Part shown: in pieces, positions 13,807-24,095 of the stretch
Layout of the letters: each line of letters begins with the position of its first letter
How positions within the stretch are numbered: position 1 is the first letter of the stretch
Source of the DNA: Bilabrum cf. latius
Taxonomy: Eukaryota
Reading direction: 5' to 3'
NCBI GenBank assembly: GCA_965178125.1
Contig: OZ237762.1
Coordinates: 1 to 64,000, forward strand
Length of the DNA stretch: 64,000 bases
Translations under genes and position numbers: made by a program
The notes under the pieces: model-generated
Databases searched by the model: none
Seen by the model: the letters and a program-made list of their open reading frames with translations, nothing else
Told to the model about the DNA's origin: nothing

Positions 13807-15115
13807 CCCTAACCCTAACCCTAACCCTAACCCTAACCCTAACCCTAACCCTAACCCTAACCCTAACCCTAACCCTAACCCTAACCCTAACCCTAACCCT
13901 AACCCTAACCCTAACCCTAACCCTAACCCTAACCCTAACCCTAACCCTAACCCTAACCCTAACCCTAACCCTAACCCTAACCCTAACCCTAACCCTAACC
14001 CTAACCCTAACCCTAACCCTAACCCTAACCCTAACCCTAACCCTAACCCTAACCCTAACCCTAACCCTAACCCTAACCCTAACCCTAACCCTAACCCTAA
14101 CCCTAACCCTAACCCTAACCCTAACCCTAACCCTAACCCTAACCCTAACCCTAACCCTAACCCTAACCCTAACCCTAACCCTAACCCTAACCCTAACCCT
14201 AACCCTAACCCTAACCCTAACCCTAACCCTAACCCTAACCCTAACCCTAACCCTAACCCTAACCCTAACCCTAACCCTAACCCTAACCCTAACCCTAACC
14301 CTAACCCTAACCCTAACCCTAACCCTAACCCTAACCCTAACCCTAACCCTAACCCTAACCCTAACCCTAACCCTAACCCTAACCCTAACCCTAACCCTAA
14401 CCCTAACCCTAACCCTAACCCTAACCCTAACCCTAACCCTAACCCTAACCCTAACCCTAACCCTAACCCTAACCCTAACCCTAACCCTAACCCTAACCCT
14501 AACCCTAACCCTAACCCTAACCCTAACCCTAACCCTAACCCTAACCCTAACCCTAACCCTAACCCTAACCCTAACCCTAACCCTAACCCTAACCCTAACC
14601 CTAACCCTAACCCTAACCCTAACCCTAACCCTAACCCTAACCCTAACCCTAACCCTAACCCTAACCCTAACCCTAACCCTAACCCTAACCCTAACCCTAA
14701 CCCTAACCCTAACCCTAACCCTAACCCTAACCCTAACCCTAACCCTAACCCTAACCCTAACCCTAACCCTAACCCTAACCCTAACCCTAACCCTAACCCT
14801 AACCCTAACCCTAACCCTAACCCTAACCCTAACCCTAACCCTAACCCTAACCCTAACCCTAACCCTAACCCTAACCCTAACCCTAACCCTAACCCTAACC
14901 CTAACCCTAACCCTAACCCTAACCCTAACCCTAACCCTAACCCTAACCCTAACCCTAACCCTAACCCTAACCCTAACCCTAACCCTAACCCTAACCCTAA
15001 CCCTAACCCTAACCCTAACCCTAACCCTAACCCTAACCCTAACCCTAACCCTAACCCTAACCCTAACCCTAACCCTAACCCTAACCCTAACCCTAACCCC
15101 CCCTAAAAACCCTAA
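13807..15115. repeat. Internal telomeric tract (CCCTAA)n: about 215 perfect units, then irregular units at the proximal end
   Basis: Perfect CCCTAA from 13807 to 15096, then CCCC-CCCTAA-AAA-CCCTAA abutting the polymerase ORF. Confidence 0.99.
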
Positions 15116-16761
15116 GTCAGAAAGGGGCCCATTCTTGCGTAGGCTGTTTTGTAATCGTACTCTTCGTCATATAGTATACCCGATACAAGTCGTCCAGATG
15201 CTTTAGGATACGCGTTCTTTAATTGTCTAAAATTCATACAATCACCATCTCGGAGTGTTTTTGTGATTGTGTTTTTCTAACATAGAGAACCCCAAATATT
15301 ATTTAGTATCTCCTTCGCACACTTCAATCCCTATTTTTTATAACCGTACAATCGCTCAATCATCGTTTTGAACAGTCCATTTGCCTTCACCCTTGTTGTC
15401 TCATCGTAAAGTAAAGCGTTGGCTTCACCGTCTTCAATCAGAGACACCTAAGCGCCCGTCTCAATCGCTCGGTTAATGTCATATTGGGTATAATAATTGT
15501 TTTTTCTTTTTTGTACCAATTTAGAATTGATATTTTCAATATGTACCCTAAAAATGCCGTACGGATAGAAACCACTTGAAGGTACTTCAAATTTTACGAA
15601 CTTACCCCTTCTAACCGGAAATGTAAATGTACCCTTCATAATACTTGGATAAAATGAGTTAATATCGTACTGGTATGCGTTTTTTAATGTAGTATTCTTG
15701 TTTGCCCAATTCAATCCACCACCCGAGGCTTTAGAAATCCATAGTGCTTCAACTTGGTCAATCGGGTCGGCAGGGTAAAGTTTGGAAAACTTACTGAAAT
15801 ACGACTTTACAAATAGGGATGTTCTAAACATAAATCGTGATAAATCCATATATCCACCCGTCTCCTTCGCTAATGCCCTTACATTTTTCATCCGTTCTTC
15901 GTGTTTTGTTCTTAGTTCTTCCTTGGACTTGACTTCAAAGATGAATTTATCCTTGGAAACTGATGTAATGCCTTCTGATTGATACTCACGGTCTCCATCA
16001 AATAGTAAATAAGAATTCTCGGATTGATACAAGCGGGTAATTAGCGTACACGGTTCTTTAGACGGCGGTGTAAATAATTCTTTCTAACTAATGGGGGGAA
16101 CATACTTGTAATGCCCATTTGTTAATGAAACAGTTAGAAGACGGTCAAAATGAGTTTTTCCAGATGTGTATTCAAAGTCGCCTACAACATGAATGCGTAC
16201 TTGAAGTTCGTCTTCTATCTCTGGTATTCTTCTGTAATCAACGGGGTCATCACGTCCAATTTTCAAGAGTTCTTTGAGGTCGGACTTCGACAATCTTTTA
16301 ATAGTAGTTTTCCATTTGCCTTTTGCGCTCTTTACATTTACCTTACGACCAACTGAAAAAGGAAAAGCCTGTTTTATAGCGTTATATAAACAATCGTTAT
16401 GTTCGTCAGCACCGCCTTCTGGTTCTGGCTTTCTAATAAGCAGTAGTTCAAAAGAATTCAATTTTCTATATTCGTCGTCATCGTCGTCTTCGTAGCCCGC
16501 CCATAAACTATCTTGATTTTCTAAATCATCTGTAGTAATCCAAGTGCTTCGTGTTCGCCAACCTGTATCTTGGTAATTGATATTCACCTTAAATTTAAAG
16601 TCATCAAACGGATTTTCACCACCATCGTCGTAATCACGAATAAATTCCAAGACATTTTTTACGGTGATAAGGTCCTCGCTCTCAAATCGCATACTCCATA
16701 TTGGTTTCCCATTAAGACGCAATTTGGTTCTTTGGGGTTCCGTAAAATCGATTTCGGGCAT
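15115..16761 (-). pseudogene. Protein-primed family B DNA polymerase (pPolB) with N-terminal vOTU-like region; 3'-truncated by telomere
   Basis: One frame once TAGs at 16084, 15448, 15331 and 15277 are read through. Contains the pre-A GGLNWA segment, motif A YQYDINSFYPSIM and motif B KEILNNIWGSLC(Q)K. It ends YARMGPFLT directly into telomere repeats; the catalytic motif C (DTD-like) is absent. Confidence 0.9.
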
Positions 16762-16780
16762 TCTATAGTATCTATTATAT

Positions 16781-16811
16781 TATAGAATACGATAATTATT
16801 CTTAAGGTACG
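16781..16811 (-). promoter_or_regulatory. Conserved viral promoter motif upstream of pPolB
   Basis: Minus strand CGTACCTTAAGAATAATTATCGTATTCTATA, 19 nt before the ATG. Confidence 0.8.
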
Positions 16812-16818
16812 AACTCAC

Positions 16819-18480
16819 TCACTTCTCAATTTTACAGAGGAATTTGGAAAGTTTTCCTTTTTTGTTCTTTGGTGGGTTCTCTTTTATCCATTTTTGAATA
16901 GCGATGCTATTCTCAACACTCAGCTGTTTCTGGATTTTCTTATGGACTTGTTCCGTCGGTGTAATCTCCTTTTCTAATTCCAACTATTCAATCGTTTCCT
17001 ACTGCTATGCGACTTGTTTCTGTAGTTCTCTAATCTACTCTCGAAGAACATCTACCTCGGATTTTGCTTTTTCCATCTCAGCAGAATGACGAAGTGCCTA
17101 AAATTTAGATTGGAAGCCTTTTAGTAAGTCTGCGTGTTTCACATTAAATTCTTGTTTTCTCTATTTGTTCATCGTTGAATGAACACCTACCTCTGACAAT
17201 AGTGTTTTAATCATAGGTGTACCAAGGTTCTTCACTCTACCGTTCAGTTCCTGCTTTAGATAATTGCGGAATTCCAAGACTGTCATTTTAAAATCTCTGC
17301 CTTCGTCCAGCCACTCTTCTTTTAGAATTTTTAAAACCGGATGTGCGCCATCAAGAATTCCTTTGTAAAAATTCTTTGATTTTGGTGCGAATTGTCCTGT
17401 AAAGTCTGGTGATGTATCATAGATTTCAACCAATAACATATAAAATGCCTTAGCCACTTCTGGATTTTCTGTAAAACGTTTTAGTGTTGTAAAGTATTCT
17501 TTGTCTCCTTTCTTAGATGTATTCACATCCAAAACACAATATCTACGGATTTCCTCGGTGATTTTGATTGGACTATCATTCGTATCAATAATTAAATTGA
17601 ATGTATTCGGACGACTTTCGGATTTGACAAACTTCTCATTACAGGAAAAGTGTTTTTCCGTAATAAGATTTCTTAGTGTTGCCTACATGGCGTCCCAAAT
17701 AGTTGGCGAGGCTTTTGGAATTTCATTAAAATTGACTAATAGTTTCCCGTCCAGAATTGAGTTGAAGGCGTCGGGTTGAAGCATCTTGTGTGTAAGCGTC
17801 TATAGTGTGAGGGTATATCCGAGTAGTTTTCTCATAAGGAAGGTAATAATCATCGATTTACCAGTTCCTTGTGGAGATTTCAAATATAGTGCTGTACCCA
17901 ACTTCTTTCCGCCCACAATAACGTGAGCCAACCACTTCATCACAAAATCACACTATTCTTTGTCTTCTGAAGTCCACACCTTCTGGATATGTTCGTAAAT
18001 CATAGTCGCGCCTGCTTTTGCGTCTTCGGTTAAATCCTCTATGTTTCCACAGTTTTCCCGTGTAAGTATAGGTGAACCCATAACGTTAATTGTTTGATTG
18101 TCGTAATCAACGGTAGGTGAATTGAATTTTCTTACAATCGTAAATACGTCGGTATTCTCATTTAAGAACCAGTCTCGTGCTGACCAAGTCTTTACTCTTT
18201 TGTTGCCCACAATCGCGTAAATACAGTGTCCCCCAATCAGGTAATTTTCAGTAATATTTTTATTCGTAAGGAACTACCAGACTGGTTTCTGGGGTTCGTC
18301 ATCACTTATGTTATTCCGATTTAATTCAGATGCTATTAGAAAATACACCCCGCCACCTTGTTCGTGGGTGCGGTAGAAGTATTGTTTAAGGTATTGAATA
18401 CATTCCTCTTGTTTTCCGGCATTACATAGGTCCATAAGGCTTTTTGACGAATACGCTTTAGTCGGCAGAGTGAATGACAT
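16819..18480 (-). CDS. Superfamily 3 (D5-like) helicase, about 553 aa, with C-terminal coiled coil
   Basis: Runs from ATG 18480 to TGA 16819 with 10 in-frame TAGs and no TAA or TGA. Walker A LYLKSPQGTGKS, Walker B LLVNFNE, motif C LIIDTN and an IRRY arginine finger are present. Confidence 0.92.
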
Positions 18481-18494
18481 TTTTGTTGTTGTAC

Positions 18495-18525
18495 TATAGA
18501 ATACGAAAATAATCCTTAAGGTACG
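18495..18525 (-). promoter_or_regulatory. Conserved viral promoter motif upstream of the helicase
   Basis: Minus strand CGTACCTTAAGGATTATTTTCGTATTCTATA, 14 nt before the ATG. Confidence 0.8.
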
Positions 18526-18537
18526 ATACGGGGCATC

Positions 18538-19593
18538 TCAATTTTCTATATCCCACTCCAAAATTAAATTAGGAGCAATTTCTTGGATTTTATTCTTTGG
18601 TTCCCACGTCCAATGTTCTGGTTCTGGAAAATCTTTCCATTCTATTTGATATTCTGTTTCGTTCTCGGATTTTATTTTTTTTGGGAGAAAGATTGTCTGA
18701 GCATCTCGGTTATTGTCCTCATTATCAAAGTCGATAATCTGTAATTCCTCTTTTGGATAAGCCACTAAATCATCCTAATCCACAACATATAAGGGTGGTT
18801 GTCTCGGTCTTAATAATACTTTAGTTATCGTTTTGATTTCTGGATTATAGCGTAAATCTGAAGCACGAAAATTTCCGGATAATTTTTGCTGTAAATTTGT
18901 AGCCTTTCTGGGTTCTTCTAATGGTATACGAACTCTTGTACCCTCTTCCAATATATTACAAGCGTCTCCTTTACACTACGTAAAGTCGAAGTGTTCTGGG
19001 GGTAAAGGTGGTTCTTCTATATACTTTTCTAGTTGATATTCATTATAGTTTTCAATGATGTTTGGAAGCATATCCACCCATTCTACGCTTTCATTACCTG
19101 TATTTAACTCATTAACGTTCTATAGGGTAAATATGGCTTTTCCCAACGTTTTATTTAGGTTTTCCACTAATGCCTGTTGTCGGTGGCGACCTGCTTTATT
19201 TCTTCGTACAAATACATCGGTCTCTTCTAAATATCTTTGTAAAGCGTTAAATTCTTTTCCATTATCTATTTCCAAACGGTGCTGCGGTTTCTGGACATTA
19301 CCACGATTGAAAATCTTTTTTGATGCCTTTAATACTTCGTTCTAACGCTTGGTTTTGAGCGGTTCAGCATCGGCCTACTTTGTATGTAAATCAATAGCAG
19401 TTAATGCGTATTTATAATTATTGTCGTGGGGTAATGATAATAAATCCATTTGTACCACTTGGTGAGGTTCTGGTACATTTACGTGGGGTCGATTTACTCC
19501 TTTGGGTCGTTTTGGTCGTTTCATTAAATTTACAATACGACTGTTGGGATAAATGTTTAGGGATTGTAATATTCTTTCAAAGGCGCTACTCAT
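18538..19593 (-). CDS. Retroviral-type (rve) integrase with C-terminal chromodomain, 351 aa
   Basis: Runs from ATG 19593 to TGA 18538 with 5 in-frame TAGs. DDE triad in QMDLL / IDNGKEF / QALVENLNKT, plus chromodomain EYQIEWKDFPEPEHWTWEP. Same architecture as the mavirus integrase. Confidence 0.93.
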
Positions 19594-19658
19594 TTGCTAT
19601 ATAGTTGTATCATTCTCCTTACTTTTGTAAAGTAGGGAAAATAATTCTTGGGAAAAAA

Positions 19659-19898
19659 TCATTTGGTTTTGGTACTTTCGTGCCATTCAACTACAATTTG
19701 ACTTAAATCTTTAGCTTCCTCAAAGTCAGCAAGCAGGTCATCGTCATCATCATAATTAATCCAAATAATAGTCTTTGTAAATTCAAGGTACTTTTTGGCC
19801 ATATCGTATGCTTCTCGTGTTGTAATAAACGGGACTGATTTAAGACATTCTTTGGTCGCCAAGATGTAATTCTCGAGTTCCTTTTGTGATTTTGCCAT
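19659..19898 (-). CDS. Small hypothetical protein of the viral element (79 aa)
   Basis: ATG-to-TGA ORF preceded by the same 31-bp promoter motif as the helicase and pPolB. Confidence 0.75.
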   Translation of the reverse strand: MAKSQKELENYILATKECLKSVPFITTREAYDMAKKYLEFTKTIIWINYDDDDDLLADFEEAKDLSQIVVEWHESTKTK

Positions 19899-19912
19899 TT
19901 ATGTGGTTGTAC

Positions 19913-19943
19913 TATAGACTACGTAAGTTATGCTTAAGGTACG
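19913..19943 (-). promoter_or_regulatory. Conserved viral promoter motif upstream of the 79-aa ORF
   Basis: Minus strand CGTACCTTAAGCATAACTTACGTAGTCTATA, 14 nt before the ATG. Confidence 0.8.
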
Positions 19944-19949
19944 ACATTT

Positions 19950-20965
19950 CCACTTTAGGCAATCAATTTTTGTGTTTTTAATTGGAAAACAATTATAATT
20001 TGTTTTTTATTTTCCTTTTAATTTTTATGGTGGCATCATAGGAATTACAACATTTAATTTTAATAGGGAACTTAATTTATTTTTTCTAAGTCTCTTATAA
20101 TTGACCTGTAAAATTGACAAGTTTTTTGGGGACTTTTCGAAAGGGACTTAAAATACGTTTTCGTTTTCCTTTTAATTTTTATGGTGGCATCATAGGAATT
20201 ACAACATTTAATTTTAATTGGAAAATATATTTATTCTTTCTAAGTCTCTTAAAATTGACCTGTAAAATCTCTCAATTTTAATCTTTGAAAAAGATATCAA
20301 AAGAGCGGAGGGCAAAGCCCGAGCATCTTGGGGGACTTTTCCAAAGGGACTTAAAATACGTTTTCGTTTTCCTTATAATGTATCATCTCTTGGGTAATCG
20401 GTTTGGTTGCTTCGGAGAACAATTTAGTCGCTTGGGAAATCCTTGGGAAATCCTTGGGAAATCCTTGGGAAATCCTTGGGAAATCCTTGGTCGGTTCATC
20501 GGTCGGTTCATCGGTCGGTTTATCGGTTTGTCGCTTGGGAACATACCTCGGTCTCTTGATAAAATACCTTGTTCTCTTGGGGAAATCCTCGGTTGGTCTC
20601 TTGGTCTCTTGGGAATTCATCCTTCCGTTCCTACAGCAAACACAGAGATATTTTGGACACTTGGTTAATTTCTTCATTTTTTCCTACTTTACTAAAACAT
20701 CTCTGTCTTTGCTGTTAGAGTTTATAAGGGGGTTAAATATTAGAATTCTTCAATTTACCCCTACTTCGTAGGAGTAAATTTTATATCTGAAAATGGGTAC
20801 ATAGAGGGGTTCTATAGGGGTTCTTGGGGAACCCCCTGTGAAATCATTTAGGTTTATAGGGGAAACACTTGAGTTGCTAAATATGCCTTTAAAGGAGGGG
20901 CGAGCGTAGCGTAGCCCTCGTCCTAAACGCTTGGTGTACCTACCACCACCTGTTGTCCCCCCCCC
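19950..20965. repeat. Repeat-rich non-coding terminal region of the viral element (candidate TIR)
   Basis: Contains a ~100-bp direct duplication (about 20011-20112 and 20166-20267), a ~45-bp duplication (about 20126 and 20329), 11-bp CTTGGGAAATC x5 (20431-20490), 12-bp TCGGTCGGTTCA-type repeats and a C9 run at 20957-20965. The partner TIR is missing because of the truncation. Confidence 0.55.
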
Positions 20966-20966
20966 T

Positions 20967-21925
20967 ATGGTTTGCTGCCTCCGTGTCCCATGGAGGCCTC
21001 GTGGAAGCCGGGGCCCTGGCGGCCGAGGCCTGCTACCTGGCAGGGCACAGTGCCCGACGGCGCCTGATAGTACTCCACCCCCACCTGCTGTTGTTCTCCA
21101 AGCACCGCAGGCCATGCAGAGCAAGCACAACACCGTGTCCATGGCCATCAGGGACTAGATCCTGGCCCGAGGGAATACTCATGCTGGTCGTACACTGCTG
21201 GTCGCCCTGCACGGCTTCCGCATCGGCAAGGGGTGCATTACAGCCCCGATCGAAGAGCTCGACGGCAAGGACCTGTCTGTTCATATCAAGGACGGCCTCG
21301 AAGGCATCGAAGCGTGCCTCAAGGCGGATGATAAGGGACTTGGTGACCTTGTAGCATCAAGGTTTCAGTCCTCCGTAGGCGCCACGGATGGGAAAGAGGT
21401 CCTTCTTGCTGAAGTGGACACCATTCGATCCAACGGTTGGATGTCCAAGGACGTGCAATGGATCGTACGGGGCAGACATGCCATCGGACGGCGGGCAGGT
21501 GTCAACATACCTGCCTGGCTACTCAAGCTGGCGCGGAGACAGGAATCGCCTGCTGATCGCGCTGCAATGAAGGAGTTGCTTAGCGACATCTTCGGGGCAG
21601 AAGCCGCCAAGAGTTCCTGGTTCATGGATCAGACGACTCCGATGGATGGAGTACTTCTAGCGCACGTTCCTGCTCTTCGACACCTCGGGGCTGCAAGCGG
21701 GAGGTCCAAGGCGGCGTCCAAGGCGGCGACCAAGGCGGCGTCCAAGTCCTACTTGTCTCGGTCCAAGAAGTCACCGAGGGGGAGCCTCTCAAGTAGAGCG
21801 GCAAGCAAGCGCTTTTAGGATGCGCTGCAAGATGCAGCCGCAAGCAAGGCTGCTGCAAGAAGCTCGAAGAGCTCCTATCGCTCCAACAGGTCGAAGCGCT
21901 GGCGGACCGACAGCATCGATGAAGA

Positions 21926-21960
<35 letters not shown>

Positions 21961-22530
21961 ACGGGGACGAGGACGGGATCGCCAGAGGCAGCACCGACGA
22001 GGGGAGCAGCACGGACGACGAGAGCAGCACGGACAGCGACTAGGACCCGGACGATGAAGAAGAGGACGAGGACCAGCCGTCCAAGAGAAGAAGGCGGGGG
22101 GGGGCTGCACGCTCCGGCCGGTCCAGGGCCAGACGGCACGCTCCAGCCCCAGCCCCAGCCCCAGCCCCAGCTCCGGTCAGTGCAGGCCGTGCCCCGCAGG
22201 CAGCCAGAGGTCGCGTGCAGAGTGATCTCAGGAAGATGCGCAAGGTCGTGGAAAGGATGAAGGGACGCACGGAGCTCAGTATACGCGATGCTCAGACTGT
22301 CAGGAGCCGGGGAGTGCTCAACCGCCGTGATGCTGGTACCGTTCTCGCCATGCTCAACAGGAGGATCGCAGATGTTAAGGCAACCCTTGACAAAGAGGTG
22401 GCAGAGGCTGGCACCGCTCGCGATGAGCCTCGTGGTGGTGCCAGACCTGCGCATGCAGGAGTAGCTGCACGACACCAGATCCATCCAGCACACCTGGCAG
22501 CTGCCAACACGGCGGCATCGGCACAGGCAG

Positions 22531-22567
<37 letters not shown>

Positions 22568-22715
22568 GGCAGTGGCTAGCGCAGCTGCAGCCGCAGCACG
22601 AGCAAAAGCACCGCGAGGTCCGCGTGCTCGTACTCATCAAGCTCATCGCAGGTCGGCTGGTGCAAGGGCAAAGGCAACTCAGGTGGGAGCCTCGGCCATG
22701 AGCAATCTGGATTGA
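20967..22715 (+). CDS. GC-rich hypothetical protein with acidic D/G, Ala-Pro and poly-Ala tracts; start uncertain
   Basis: ORFs at 20931, 21414 and 22215 share one frame, separated only by TAGs (21156, 21816, about 22041), and end at TGA 22713-22715. Confidence 0.6.
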
Positions 22716-22784
22716 ATATGCCTGAGGCTGCTGCACAGTGGACCATGGTGGCCACTAGCACATGCTTTGAATGGCCAACTCTTT

Positions 22785-23958
22785 GCCGGAACACATGCAA
22801 TCGCTGCGTTTCAAGTGTCGAATCGTATGTACACATCGCGGGGCACACAATGGTGTCTATACATATCGACTCCGGATCCACCCCATGGCGGGACACGGCC
22901 CTGACGGATTTCACTGACCCTGCGGAACCGCGGCGCCGCGGTACCTGACACCACCTGGTGTGTGTTCCCCGGGTGGCATGGACCCCGATACATCTTCTGC
23001 ATCGAAAACAAAACATCAAACGCTCATCTGTAGACCTGGACACGCCCGAACGCATAGGTCGGATCTCCGACTGATTTTGGAGATCCGACCTGCGCAAAAA
23101 AGTCGGATGTCCTCCATATCTCGGCCGGAACACATGCAATCGCTGCGTTTCAAGTGTCGAATCGTATGTACACATCGCGGGGCACACAATGGTGTCTATA
23201 CATATCGACTCCGGATCCACCCCATGGAGGCACACGGCCCTGACGGATTTCACTGACCCTGCGGAACCGCGGCGCCGCGGTACCTGACACCACCTGGTGT
23301 GTGTTCCTCGGGTGGCATGGACCCCGATACATCTTCTGCATCGAAAACCAAACATCAAACGCTCATCTGTAGACCTGGACACGCCCGAACGCATAGGTCG
23401 GATCTCCGACTGATTTTGGAGATCCGACCTGCGCAAAAAAGTCGGATGTCCTCCATATCTCGGCCGGAACACATGCAATCGCTGCGTTTCAAGTGTCGAA
23501 TCGTATGTACACATCGCGGGGCACACAATGGTGTCTATACATATCGACTCCGGATCCACCCCATGGCGGCACACGGCCCTGACGGATTTCACTGACCCTG
23601 CGGAACCGCGGCGCCGCGGTACCTGACACCACCTGGTGTGTGTTCCTCGGGTGGCATGGACCCCGATACATCTTCTGTATCGAAAACCAAACATCAAACG
23701 CTCATCTGTAGACCTGGACACGCCCGAACGCATAGGTCGGATCTCCGACTGATTTTGGAGATCCGACCTGCGCAAAAAAGTCGGATGTCCTCCATATCTC
23801 GGCCGGAACACATGCAATCGCTGCGTTTCAAGTGTCGAATCGTATGTACACATCGCGGGGCACACAATGGTGTCTATACATATCGACTTCGGATCCACCC
23901 CATGGCGGCACACGGCCCTGACGGATTTCACTAACCCTGCGGAACCGCGGCGCCGCGG
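22785..23958. repeat. 339-bp tandem repeat, about 3.5 copies, with internal hairpins
   Basis: GCCGGAACACATGCAATCG at 22785, 23124, 23463 and 23802. Each full copy has the 13-bp inverted repeat AGGTCGGATCTCC/GGAGATCCGACCT and the palindrome CCGCGGCGCCGCGG. Confidence 0.96.
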
Positions 23959-24095
23959 AGAGTTATGACCCGACTCGGAGTTGTAACCTAGGTTTTAAAG
24001 CATGCCCAATCAGAATATATGGGTCTTGTTCCCTGAACCGCGCTAGCGTAAAAGCCGAAAATGGCCGACCCTAAGTATAAGTTGACCCCCTGATA

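Larger units (their letters stand above)
15116..20965 (-). mobile_element. Endogenous mavirus-like virophage (EMALE) / Polinton-like element, truncated on the left by a telomere
   Basis: An AT-rich island in a GC-rich genome with co-oriented intronless pPolB, SF3 helicase and rve integrase-chromodomain, the replication/integration trio typical of mavirus. It has a shared promoter motif and a repeat-rich non-coding right end. No capsid, ATPase or protease genes are in the window, and the right boundary is approximate. Confidence 0.85.

Noticed and set aside
15115-19593. Viral genes as pseudogenes decayed by nonsense mutations
   Set aside because: All 19 interruptions are TAG, with no TAA, TGA or frameshifts, and host genes show the same pattern. 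Only pPolB is defective, and that is by truncation.
20285-20771. Overlapping ORFs (108-127 aa) in the viral terminal region
   Set aside because: They are built on 11-bp non-triplet repeats, lack the element's promoter motif, and are open on both strands.
40-23100. Hammerhead ribozymes in the 155- or 339-bp repeats (minus-strand CAGATGAG resembles CUGAUGAG)
   Set aside because: The core has a mismatch at an invariant position and there is no properly placed GAAA with flanking stems.
22576-23931. 451-aa minus-strand ORF with three repeats
   Set aside because: It is simply the 339-bp (113-codon) repeat read in an open frame, has no recognisable domain, and overlaps the + strand ORF end.
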